Assembly (NCBI GenBank): GCA_040437565.1 | Contig: JBDOQK010000036.1 | Span: forward strand, 62,001-126,000 | Reading direction: 5' to 3' | Origin: Albugo candida | Lineage: Eukaryota | DNA length: 64,000 nucleotides | Part shown: positions 27,475-39,596 of the stretch, piece by piece | How the letters are laid out: every line of letters starts with the position of its first letter | Numbering within the stretch: the first letter of the stretch is position 1 | Program-made: the position numbers and the translations under genes | Notes under the pieces: model-generated | Databases searched by the model: none | What the model saw: the letters and a program-made list of their open reading frames with translations, nothing else | What the model was told of the DNA's origin: nothing

Positions 27475-28444
27475 TGATTTGCGTCCAATTTATTGAATTG
27501 TATAAATTGTATAAAGAAATCGAGTGATTATCGAGGATACCGGTATTGGACGAATATGTTGCCAGTAAAGCAGATGCTATCCATATTGCCAAAACTTTGC
27601 TACGTGTATCTCGCTTCATAAAATGCCAGTTTATCGGCGTCTTCGGTACGCGATGAGTCGAGAATACTGCATGATGCTCCGCTATAAAATCCTTTCACCT
27701 CATGCCAGAAATTTGGCCATATTATCACATTTGTGACTGCTTGTAATTATTCCATCCGGAATGATATATCTCGCAATGATGACACCGTTCTGGCTACGTC
27801 ACATATAAAGCCTTATTAGAGGGATCACAAGCAGGTTACAGCGGCTATGTGCCATCTGTTCGATGGAGAATACAAAGAGATTCGAGATCGTCTCCTCAAC
27901 ATGGAAAAGTGACAAAAGTAGACGGTAGGTGAAATGAGCGGTTGTTAGCACGTCACCGTATATGGATACAGTATCGTCATAAGCAGCAATCAGAAATGGA
28001 AAATAACACCCGGCAAGGAGTAGCAAAAAAGAGGTTTTGGAGAAGAATTCAATTTGGCCTGATTATCATATCCCGCACGCATAAACCGCAGTCTCTAATG
28101 GCTTATGCGGCACGTCATAGCAAGACGGCAAACTGTCTGATCATCAATATCAGAGATGGGAATTTAGCTTTAAGCATTACGAACACGAAGACGCTAACTG
28201 ATATGTGAATTGGAACATGCATCTCTTTTTTATCTTGCAATAGCGATTATTAATTATATGGTCATTTGCTACAGAATATTGTTATGCACGCTCCTGGTTC
28301 TCTCTGTCTTTTTGAGCGTAGCGGAGCATTATAATGGTGAAGCATAGTACAGATGCATACGAGACTACTCTTTTGTTAATAGTTTATATAGCCATAATAT
28401 ATCTGTCTTTACAGAATTATATTCAGTGTACTCAAACATTATTT

Positions 28445-29404
28445 ATGGACGCTAACGACAGTCAGGAATATAAGAATTCATGGACAATCGATCGACTCGC
28501 AAAAGAGCATGGCGTCGACTTTCGTCTCGTGTACTACCTATCTATCCGCTTTCGGATAAATAGCCACGTCATATATATACCATTTATCATTTGAATACGT
28601 AGAAATTTGCTAGGAAGCGGAAGTATACGCGGAACACTCGATGTTAAGAATTTGGCGCTGATGATTCGAAATGCCGATTATGCAGTCCGGGTACGCTCAA
28701 CATGTAGATTTAGACATATACAGTGGAGAAATTCCGACTTCATCTGAGTAGGGAGGTTTCAACGGAATGGTCCTGCGCTTTCGGACACCTCGAGCTTCTG
28801 TTATTGCTTATCGTAGCGGAAAAGTGAGAACTCACTTGCGTGAATGTTAATCCTGATGTTAATTTGTCTAGTTCATTGTCATTGGTGCGAAATCTCCTAC
28901 AGTTTCCGATCTTGTGATCCAAAAGTTTCAAGATATCTTGCAAAAGACCGGCGCTCCTCATGAACTTGTTTCTTTTAAAATTCACAACTTTTGCGCGGCG
29001 AGCGATGTCAAGTTTCGCATACGACTTGAAGGTTTGGCATGCGAGCATGCTCAGTTCTGCACGGTAAACGCGATTGCTTCGTTTTTGAACAAGATTGCTC
29101 ACAAGATGGTATGTTCAGTATGAACCGGAGCTCTTTCCAGGTCTCATCTACCGGATGTTAGTACCCAAATGTACACTTTTAGTTTTTATTAGTGGCAAGA
29201 TCGTAATCACAGGTTTTCAGGTGTGATATATGTACACTCTCGCAAAAGCAACTGAGCATTCTTCTATCACTGCTTTAGAAAATCGAAGATGGTGAACAAG
29301 CTCTTTGCAAAATCTTTCCTGTTCTATGCACATTCCGAATACAACGTGAAGAATGTAACAGCTCCAGTGATTGCGACGACGAGGACTCTGAGGAGGCTAT
29401 CTGA
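28445..29404 (+). CDS. Divergent TATA-binding protein paralog (TBP-like), 6 exons, ~221 aa
   Basis: Exons 28445-28530, 28603-28690, 28752-28823, 28872-29063, 29119-29220 and 29279-29404 all have GT-AG junctions and stay in frame. Motifs: [58 protein letters not shown]. Confidence 0.9.
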
Positions 29405-29508
29405 CGACAATGAGAAGCGTTAGATCCCGATCTTTGCCCTTTAATATATATTATATTATTTTGATCTGAATCCATTTTACTTTTCTGGGTTTAAGCGATC
29501 GTTCAGGA

Positions 29509-30282
29509 ATGGCTTATCACAAAGATTCGCGATCTTGGAGGGACACCCTCGGCGAATATTCTATGCCAGAAAAATCAATGAATTTAGCCTCAGATACGAC
29601 ATCACCACTTGTCTTTAGGGCTGCGGACAAATCGCAACACTCACATTTGTTAAAAGCAGCTTCCAATGTGTTTTTTGCGCTTTCCGACGCATTCACGAAG
29701 TGTTTCAGCAGAGTAACACAATCTCAATTTAAGAAGGATCATCATAAAGCGTTGCTTGCATCCAATAGTATTGAAGATAGCTTCAATTTCTCAGATGAGC
29801 TTGCGATGGAATTGAGACGACGTGTTTTGGTGCCAACAAGCCACTCATATCGTGATCGTTCTAATGATTCGGACAAGCGATATCACAAGCCTTGGATTGG
29901 AAACGATGGAATCGAGCCGGAACCGGATTGCGGACCGAGGGATATACTCAAGCCGCAACATGGCAGTAGCAAGCATATTTTACGCGCGTGTACTGCCCGG
30001 AAGGTTTCGATTGGCCCAAGTGAGGAAGAGCCTATTTCCGAAAATAACGAGGTTCAGCAATGGCTGCTCAAGGTTGATCCAGTAAGGGCACAGGAATACA
30101 TAAAGTATGTAGCAAAGTTCCAGGCCCATGGCTTAATTACACTCAACGATCTGGCCAAAATTACGAGCGAGAATATCGAGGATGCATTGAGTGAGATTGG
30201 AATATACAGATTCATGCACCGGGCTCGACTGCGTCAAGCGATTCTTCGTATCAATGACGATAAAGTGATTGGTGAGGTCTGA
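29509..30282 (+). CDS. SAM-domain protein (257 aa)
   Basis: C-terminal VQQWL...YVAKFQAHG...LAKIT...LSEIGI...HRARLRQAI matches a sterile alpha motif. Confidence 0.75.
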   Translation: MAYHKDSRSWRDTLGEYSMPEKSMNLASDTTSPLVFRAADKSQHSHLLKAASNVFFALSDAFTKCFSRVTQSQFKKDHHKALLASNSIEDSFNFSDELAMELRRRVLVPTSHSYRDRSNDSDKRYHKPWIGNDGIEPEPDCGPRDILKPQHGSSKHILRACTARKVSIGPSEEEPISENNEVQQWLLKVDPVRAQEYIKYVAKFQAHGLITLNDLAKITSENIEDALSEIGIYRFMHRARLRQAILRINDDKVIGEV

Positions 30283-31439
30283 TAGTTCATTAGAAGCTGA
30301 GGATAGTTTTATAAAGCGCCTCATTTGCTTCCATCTCATCTCTTGGCTGTATTTGCCTCTTTCTGGATTAGGTCATCTGAATAGACTGCTGGCTAAATAC
30401 GATGTGGTTGGGCGTAACCAAGTGCTGGATAGTGCGGCAATCTCTTAATGCTTGGATGGTAAGTTGGTGTTGAGAGCTCGAAGTTCCGGCATAATATCAT
30501 TACTCATTCTGCTGGTAGCACTAGCACATAAGACCGCGCTTCTTTACTCTTTGCAATATAAATATGGTAGGCCGCTCTTAGTCGATTGACCAGTAGCAGA
30601 TACCTGTAGAGTCTCGCACTTTCATCAAACTCCACGCAAGGGTACCGCAAGACTAGATAATCACATCTCAATCGAGCAGCTTACAACGGAATCCCCTTCT
30701 AGCTTGCTGACAATGATGTAGTGATGTGCAAACATTGTGCAGTTATCAAACATTTTCTTTATACGTGTTATGCGAGGCATTCCCCAATAAAGGTCTGGCA
30801 ATGTTTGGTTAGCTTCATATATCATCCGAGTGTATATGTTGCTATTGATTGTACTGCTAGACATACCGGTCACAAATGCAAATAGTGGACAATATTTCCA
30901 CCATAAAGGGATCTCGTGGCAGCTAACAGCAAGGCTAGATCATCGAGGGCAACGCTCTCTTACAACCTTCATGGTCACTTTGGATACCTCACCATGCTTC
31001 TCGTTCAGGATTGTACTAGTGCAACCTAATCTAAGCGATGCAGGACCGTCGAAGTCATTCTTTTTAATCTTCAGAGAGAAGTCATCAAACGGTCCATCAT
31101 TACCGAGATACCTAACACGCGCCGATATTGTCATCTTTAGGGTAAATGCAAGGATTGCAGGTAAGGGAACGAGGCTTTTGAAACCTACTTCGACAAGAAA
31201 TCAAAAGAAGATCGGCAACTTGAGAGAGCAAAGTGAAGAAAGAAAATGAAGCAAATGGCTTGAATGCCCGGTTGTGGAAGATGACCAGCAGAACACTGCA
31301 AGATTGAAGCAAAATATTCTTTAATCCGGTGCAAGTTAATTTATCTCTCAGTTTCAACGCTACGATTCACAGGAAGCTTCTGTACTTGTAGATTCTTGTC
31401 AGCGTTGACTAACTTGAGCAAATCGGCTTCGTTCTCCAT

Positions 31440-34400
31440 ATAGTAGCCATTCACTAATTTGTACGGGACACAAAGGTTTGAGATTCCATTCCTTTCCCTC
31501 TCATATTGGACTTCAACTTCGATATAGTGTAGAACGCCATATCGCTTCAGCTGAAGAATTGTTTGTTAAGTACCTTGTCAGCAAGATTGGAACAACTTCA
31601 ATAATGATCGCAGCGGGATCCAGCTGTTTTCTACGCTATCCAGCCCGACCCATTCGACCAGAATCTCCCATGTCTGTGCATCGCGATTTATGTGGTAGCC
31701 GAAGGGTTCTTTCACCAGATGGCCGCCATTCACAAATACGATATAATCCTTGAGATCCTGAGTAAGCACCAAATCGCTTTCTCGATAAAGCATGGACGCG
31801 ATGCATGAGGCGTGTGAACATCGAAAAATTCAACTCATTCCTGAATTCCATACACCCAATCATAATGTCGGCACTAACCCGTATGGTCCCTTCCAAAGCA
31901 AGACCACTTTTTTATATGCGTATTTTGTGAATTGGCCGGATGAGACAAAATCCTCAATATCAAAATTGATACAACTGACACCCTTTTTTGTTCCTTGACG
32001 GTGTCTTTGCTGCCTCAATTTTTTGCTGCGCGGCGTCGAATGAGGCATGATGCACATGTCTCAGTGTTGTCTTGTATTCAATCCCGGGTGCGTTTATAGG
32101 CGCTAAATGTATGCCAACCGTCGGCTGATACAGCACCCTAATAGAATCTTCTGCTGGCGGTGCTGTAAACCCCCTAGCCATTGCGTACGCATTCAGCCAA
32201 GCCGATGTTAACTGATTTACCGATAATTGATATAGCAGAACTTTCTTTTGAGTTTTCCGCAATATATAGCTACCTCTTACTCACATCGCATCGTTTTTAG
32301 AAACTGACGGTTGAGTACTCTTAACCACCCATAAAAGTTTTGTGCGTAGAATCGTGACCTCATTCTTGCGATCTCTTGTCGGATACCCAAACCGATACCG
32401 AGTGCTACTTCTTGAGCCAATTTAGTACTGCTGGCACGGTAGCACTCGTATTCGCGATCACATCAGAACAAAATCGAAATGTAAGAGTTCGGTCGGTTTG
32501 GTGGCTCTCAAAGTTTCTTCAGATCAGCGAGGCCATCTTAGTTCTCGCGATAAAGATAGCACACGCAGCGCTGCACGAATACATTCACACCGAGATCCAT
32601 CGAGCCCCATGCTACATGTTTTGACAATATTTGAGATGTCGTCGCTACACCCCGATGACCTACAGATCCCGTATGGGTCACGATACGAAGCCGTTCCTGG
32701 ATATTAACGCCACTATCCCGAGTCCAGATACAAGTGTCCGCATCTACGAGTACACCGCACTTCTTGTCTACCGTAAATGGGAATTTGTGATGGGTGCTTC
32801 TTTATCAACGGGATAGCATATCCCCCGAGAGATTCCATCCTCGGGTACATACTCAATCACATAACGAAAGGTTTGCATGACCATGTCACTCGTTCAAGCT
32901 TGTCAGCGTTATATCTCGAAATGGCGTTGTCCGCGCAGTTCGGATCGAACATGAAATCTAAATTTTGGTCATCAGTGAAAAGATGGAAACCTTTCGCTCG
33001 CCGTAAAATCAAATTTTAATCTTTTACACGTCTCCACAATGACCGAAAAGCTTCTTTCTCCAATGTTAACCAACGTGTTGAAGCTCTTTTGAGAGATCCA
33101 CCTATAAATACGAGTACCTGCTCGCTCTCCAATTATTCAGCCCCACTTAAGTGAGAATAGCTCCCCATTGATCTCCAGAAGCGTACGTATGAGGACATAC
33201 CTCTCAATCATGTTTCGCTTTCTGTTCTCTCTGCTTTCCGCCGCTTTCATGGCATGGCTCTTTCCAGCAAATACGAAGGGTTTGCAACAGCTCCGAAAAG
33301 TTCGGTATAGTGTTTCACATCAAGTTCAACGCTCACAAGAATTGCTGAAAATCCGCAGCAGTGAGCGGCCGTCCCATTTCGCATAATCCGTAATTCCGGT
33401 CGGCGGAATGACTCACATTTTCTCCCGAGATCTTCTCCGCATCCCAGAGTTTCGAAAAAGAGAAAAAGCGCCGTTTCGGATGAAGCTTCACACCGAATTA
33501 TTAACCATTTGAGAAGGTTTCCAGAACATTGACTCCTTCGTTTCTGTTGCAGCATAAAAAAAATTCATACAACCATAGAACAGGTTTCAACACTTTAGCA
33601 GATAGCTGTTGTGCAACAGCTACATCATCCGTTGAACCCATAGTAACTCGAGGTCCCGTATAAAGCCCTATTTGTGCTAACACCGTACAAATGTCACGAC
33701 TGCTTTCATGCAGAGTTAGTTGCCAGTAGAAACGAAAATAATCCAGCAAAAAATTTAGCAGCTTGATCCATCACGACTCGCGAGAACCACTTCCAAATGT
33801 GGCATTGATAAAGGTATTGGAATTTTCAAAGCGTTCAGTGCACGCAGATTCACCGTCACTCATCGTGAGGTGGGATTCCGATACACCAAACTGTGTTTTT
33901 TTAGACTGGATAAATGTCCCTTGAATACTATCTGTTTAACGGCGAATAATGTCTGGATCTCGGATTCACCGGTTCACTTCCTTCCTTTTTCTGCACTTTG
34001 AGGGGAGAGCTATGACCGGGGGGTCGCTGCAAAATAAACTCTAAAATTCTGATATCGGCAAAGCCATGACGTCAGTCGCAAAAGGGATTCTTTTTTTCGT
34101 TACTTTTTCTCTCTCTTCTACGACTTTCGACTGGAGAACTTGGACTACAACGTCTCATTGGGCCTCAGACTTTGCCCACTCACGCGACATAAAATATGTT
34201 TCTGTCTCATCGAGGACGCTGTTGTCGTTAGCATTAACTCCTCGTCGCATAATTCCAGCAAATGACTCGTAGGGGTGCTGTATATAATACTGTCTTGTGA
34301 AGCGTCCTATATTTATTTATTTTCTTTTTGTCTCGCTGCTATCGAATAGCGTCGCGGAGTATCCCATTAGCTCCATCATGCTCCAGTCAATCAATAGACT

Positions 34401-35700
34401 TAGTAACGTGTCTTTTTCGTTTTCCATCACCTAAAATCTACCCAATGTAACTTTCATCCATATTGGCGTATCTCCGATTGTTCTTCACTTCATCCGCGTA
34501 GTGTAATGACTCATACGAACGAATGAATTCAATTCCAAAACGTCCACCATCCCCACGAATACAATTCTTCAGTCCGAGCCAGAATCTATTAGCGTACATA
34601 CACTTCGTATCCCTTTCATGGCAGCAAAGAACCCCCTTTTTTCCTTCAACAAATAAGCTTTCTTCACATGCGTTGCTTCAGGTGAATATCCTTCACGATT
34701 CGCCTGTTGCGCACTGCCAGCATCTTCTGACAGTCCTTCGGTTTGGATCCAGAGGGTTGCTACAGGTTATCATTCCATAAATCATCTCAATTTTCATAGG
34801 TACCAATGGTAGAAAGCCGCTGAGCTGCAGGCTCTAAACATTCAACCATCCATTTAACGATTATCATCGCATCCACCTGCTCCACGTAATGTTCCAGACC
34901 CTCCTCGTTCAATGCACGGTAGAATTGATTTCCAAAACGCGACATACGAGATCCAACATCCATTAATCTAGTGTTCATTTTTAGTTTCTCAACATGTGAT
35001 CAATCTTACCTAACTCCAAAGAATCCGCTGTAATAGCTTCTCTGAAAAATTTGTCGAATCTTCCCCAAACGCCTCATCTGGTTGTTAACAAACATCGGAT
35101 ATGATGACTTGCGCACGTGTCCTTTTAGATTTCAGAAACTAGAGAAGAAGTTTCCTGATTAATAAGTGGCAAGTGTAAAAGTGCGTTTATTATGAATGCT
35201 CGTTATCTTTCTCTTCCTATCAACTTTCCTTCGCTTGCAATTCCCTTATGTGGCCGGTTCGTTTCTTGTTTGAAGTCGTTACAAAACCACCGCACCGGGA
35301 TCAGCTAAAACTCCCAAAGCAGATATTATCAAATTCATGGATCGTAAAACGTCGATGACACCTTCCGACAGTCCAAGCATCAACACACGCCGGCACCGGC
35401 ATAACAAAAGACTTGTTTTGACATGTCTCATAGGCGGTGAGCAATGTCTTGTAATATGCCTCAATTTTACGAACTCGCAACTATCCTTCCACGTTGCTTT
35501 TGTAGAGTGGATGCTTTGGTAATTGCGGTGCATTTCTGATGCGCTTATCTTCAGATACGTCAACCATATCCACACTGCCCGTTAAACGTCGCGCCCGTTC
35601 CTCTGTCAAATTTCCAAAAAAAATTATGCTACTTCTTGTTGATAATGAAGCTCCTATGTACGGTTGAACTATCGAGCTAAGTACATGTCTAGGTTTTAAG
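31440..35700 (-). mobile_element. Decayed Ty3/Gypsy chromovirus-type LTR retrotransposon
   Basis: Gag-like fragments (FVMPVPAC ~35400; IVKWMVECLEP ~34850), RT fragment (FYWQL...TMGSTDDVA ~33650), integrase GPY motif (WKGPY ~31890) and chromodomain (EILVEWVGLDSVENSWIPL ~31640). Purine tract ~31487-31502. Many stops and frameshifts; ends approximate. Confidence 0.8.
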
Positions 35701-35772
35701 AATAATACCACTTTTCATTTTTACCACCCCTGCGAAGAATTCTCCCTATGCAAGTTACCAACAATTACAACA

Positions 35773-37520
35773 GGTTATGAGCCCAAATGTGGCTGATAGA
35801 AATGATGTGCTTAACGAAGGCAACTACTTCATATGGGAATTAAACGCACGGATGAAGCTCGCCAAGAAGGGCTTGTTTGAACACATCGACGCGACGAAGG
35901 CGCCGAGCGGAGGATACGCCAGCGTGTCACAATGGAAAGTCAATGACATGAAGGCCTTCGCAAATGTTTGTACTAAGCTAAACCCAAGCTTCCAGTCCAT
36001 GGGCCGGAACGCAGGAACGACTGCAGAAGCATGGAAATTTTTGAAGAGCTTCTTTCTCCGTAGAAGCATTCACAATCGGATACAGATGCGTTGGCAGCTT
36101 CACGAGTTCAAAATGCAGAAGGGAGGAAATGTGATGGAACATTTTCTAAAGTTTGATGAGTTGTGCATGACAATGCAAGCCATCGGTGATCAAATTTCGC
36201 ACGATGAGCTGCTCGTGATTTTGCTTGGAATTTTGTCGGATGAATACGACCAGATCATAAAACTCATAGAAAACATACAAGAAATCGATCTATTTTGAGC
36301 CAAGGAGATGCTTCGTCGGGAATACGAAGGCATTGCTCGAAAGGGAAAGAGTGAACTCGCTTTGAAGGCAACAAGAAACTTCAAGAGCAGGAGAAATGGT
36401 CGAAGGAATCAGGAAACAAGTTCTCGGGACAATGCTGTATTTGCAACAAGTATGGACACAAGAAACAAGATTGTTGGAAGAACCCAGATAAGAAGAAGAA
36501 GAATACCGAACAGGAGTTTACAGTTGGTGAAAATGGTCGGATGGTTGGTTACTCGACAGTGGTGCGAGTAGTCACATGTGCCCATTTCGGAATGAGTTTG
36601 TGGAGATTCGCTCTTTGTACAAGTCGGTTAGAACTTTTTGTTGCGAATGGAGAGTCAGTGACTGCTGATGGAATTGGAACAATTCGTGTTGTGCTTAAGA
36701 ACAAGAAGCCAATTCGTATTGAAGATGTCTTATATGTACCGAAGCTGGATTGTAGACTCATTTCAATTAATGCATTATCTACAAAAGGTTTGCATGTGAC
36801 CTTCAGCAACAAGACATGTGTGATTAAATGACAAAAAAGTGGTGACTCAAGTGGCCCAGAAGGTAAAGTTGTTTGTGCTGGAATGCGATACTTTGGAATC
36901 AGCAAGCACGAGTGAAGAGGTCGGAAATGGAGCTCAACCAATAAGTCAAAAATATGGCATACACAATTAGGACATTTACCGATCAAGGTCATGAGAAACC
37001 TCACAAGGTGTGTCGACGGATTCAAGATAAAAGATTCGCCCTCTGTCGATGTTGAACACGACGATATCTGTGAAGAATGTGTAACTGGGAAGTCGACGGT
37101 CAAACCGTTTCCGAAAGCAAGCTACGGTGAAGTAAAGACCACATCACTGCTTCAGATAGTTCACAGTGATGTAATGGGTCCAATGGAGACCACATCACAG
37201 GGTGGATCAAGATTTGTGGTAACTTTTCTGGATTACTATACACGATATGTGGTCGTGTATTTCCTAGTACACAAGTCAGATGTGATGGAAAAATTTATTG
37301 AGTACAAGTCGATGATGGAAAACTAATTGAACACCACGATTGAGTGTATTCGCACCGAAACCGGTGGAGAATATATAAACTAGCGTTTTGCAAAGTGTGT
37401 CGGAAGTCGGGTATCATTCATGAAGCGTCAGTGCCGTGTTCGCCACAACACAACGGCATGGCAGAGCGAATACAAAGAGCACTCACGGAGCGCGCAAGAT
37501 CCATGCTAAATCACATGCAT
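35773..37520 (+). mobile_element. Decayed Ty1/Copia retrotransposon (gag-protease-integrase), 3'-truncated
   Basis: PBS-like GGTTATGAGCCCA at 35773, gag ORF 35777-36298, CCHC knuckle (CICNKYGHKKQDC), protease WLLDSGASSHM, ICEECVTGK, IVHSDVMGPM and PQHNGMAER. Frameshifts and stops. Confidence 0.9.
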
Positions 37521-39325
37521 ATGGTAGCCGTGAAGAATTGCTTCGCGCAGCACACAAATGGGTTTTTGGACATGGATATGCAATGACTATCAAACGTTCG
37601 ATTCCCGGAAAAAGTGCATACTTAAAATGTGACCGTGGTGGTGAATACCTGCCTCAAGTACCAGAACGGAAGCGACAGGCAGCATTTAGGGGAATGGAAT
37701 GCCCCTTTCTTTTTCTGAGAATTCTTCCAAAAAAACAGGAATTGAAAGTAAAAGACAATAAACAAAAAGAACACCTTCACAAACCTGCGCACTTTGTACA
37801 GCGCGTGATTCAACGGTCGAAGAAACCAACTCGTGTGGAGAACTCCCCTAGAATCTCTTTTTGACGATCTTCGAGATAGTGATCATGTGCACTTTATTGA
37901 AGCAAATGATGGTGGAAACATTACTGAACCATTTTTTGCGCATCAGGGATAGCGTGAAGGTGGTAAACCCATACAATGAAGTTGCTCTGATGGACTGCAC
38001 GTATAAAAGGAGTCTCTACCGAGTCCCGCTTCTTCACATCATCGGAATGACCGCGTTCAATATGACGTCCAGCGTAGCTTTCTGCTTCCTGGCCGGGAAG
38101 AAAGTGGAAAATTATGCAAGGGCAATGTCGAAATTGTCAGCAGTGTGGGAAAATAGATCTGCGCCATAGTAATCTTCGCGGACCAGGAACTGGACCTAAT
38201 GGCGGCCATCGCACAAGTTTCTGCGTTGTCCTCAAATCTGCTCTGCATTTGACATACAACAAAAATATCGTTACCAATTGCAAGAAGCATAATACAGCCC
38301 AGAAACTTTCGACGAATTTCTGAAAATATGGAACGTCCTGGTGTCTTCCTGGACGGCGGAAAGGATATGATGAGCAGCTTGCGAAGTTCTCAGACAATCT
38401 CTCGGAGAAGTCAGAGTTACTCGAGTACATGACGATGAGTTGGCTCGTCTACAAGGAGCGATTTGTCAACGCTTGGACTTAACGGCATCCAAATTTTGGA
38501 AAAAAGGCATCTTTCGCGGGAAGAGGGAGCCCATGCGTACGCAAGGAAGTTCCTACAAGTCTCGACGGCAGACTTATCATCGATATTTAACTAGCTGGCA
38601 ATTGCGCTCAATCATCAGATTAGAGCAGACGTAAGTCGGAGAATCGAGAAGAAGATGCATCATTTGCTGGAACTTCCAGAAATATTCGCATCGGTATCTG
38701 GAAAAATTTCTTTCTCCGCATTAAAAAAATGTCTTGTACAACATGGAAAAATCGAGCAGGAACTTCGTCCGTGCACCGGATACGATTCATCGACAATGGG
38801 TATTCCTTGCACACTTGAGCTTGCGGCCATCGTTGAGAATCGGGATACATTGACCTTTTTCAGCTTCCATGCGCAATGGCACCTGGAATGGAACTCAACA
38901 GATGTAAGAGCCGTGAATCTTTAGAATTTAACCCTTTCTGGTTCATTAAGAATTTTGTACACAAATCAATCAGGCAGATGAGAATTTTTTTAAGACCAAT
39001 GAGAATTGATTTGGGTGCGCATCAACATCCTCCCGACAACCGAACAAAAAAAGGAGATTTCGAATGTCGCAAAAAAAGATGACCAGAGCACTGTTGTTCA
39101 GTTCAAACCGCCGTTTTTGATTTCACAACCCAGCGGGTGACCCGTCGGCGCAAAAAATCTCCCAAAGAACAGTACAAAGCGAGACGCATCCCAATTCGAA
39201 CTCGAGGAAGCTCACGTTGGAACATGGAGAGGGGGGGATGTAGAGTAATGGGCCACAACAGACGTAGTTGCCCTTTTCCGCTGAGTAAAATTAAGAAACG
39301 GTATACCATAACTGAATGCATATAA
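37520..39325 (+). mobile_element. Decayed Mutator-like (MULE) DNA transposase
   Basis: FAR1-like DNA-binding domain (SREELL...GYAMTIKRS...LKCDRGGEY...CPF), MDCTYK...PLLHIIG...VAFCFL, ADQELDLMAAI, and C-terminal CRVMGHNRRSCP. Frameshifted. Confidence 0.85.
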
Positions 39326-39596
39326 TGTGTGTCACGTGACTTGAAAAAGAGTGAATATAACAAGTCCCTATATATAAAAAAAAGTATACATAGTATATAC
39401 ACATAGTATAATTATGTGTGCCACCTTACTGGAAAAGGTTAACCAAAAAGGAGGGAATATAACAATTCCCTAAAAATAGCCTAGGCATTTGGATTTTCAA
39501 GGACTTCGTTATAGTATTTCGGTAGCTCTTTCATATCCTATCATGAGCCCCTGATCTTGTGTGCAGACACCTATAAATGGCCCTATACTTAATTTC

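Noticed and set aside
30661-31357. Possible decayed secreted CxxC (CCG-type) effector on the minus strand (TCNPCIY)
   Set aside because: No clear start or signal peptide, several stops, and it lies next to a putative LTR; too weak to support.
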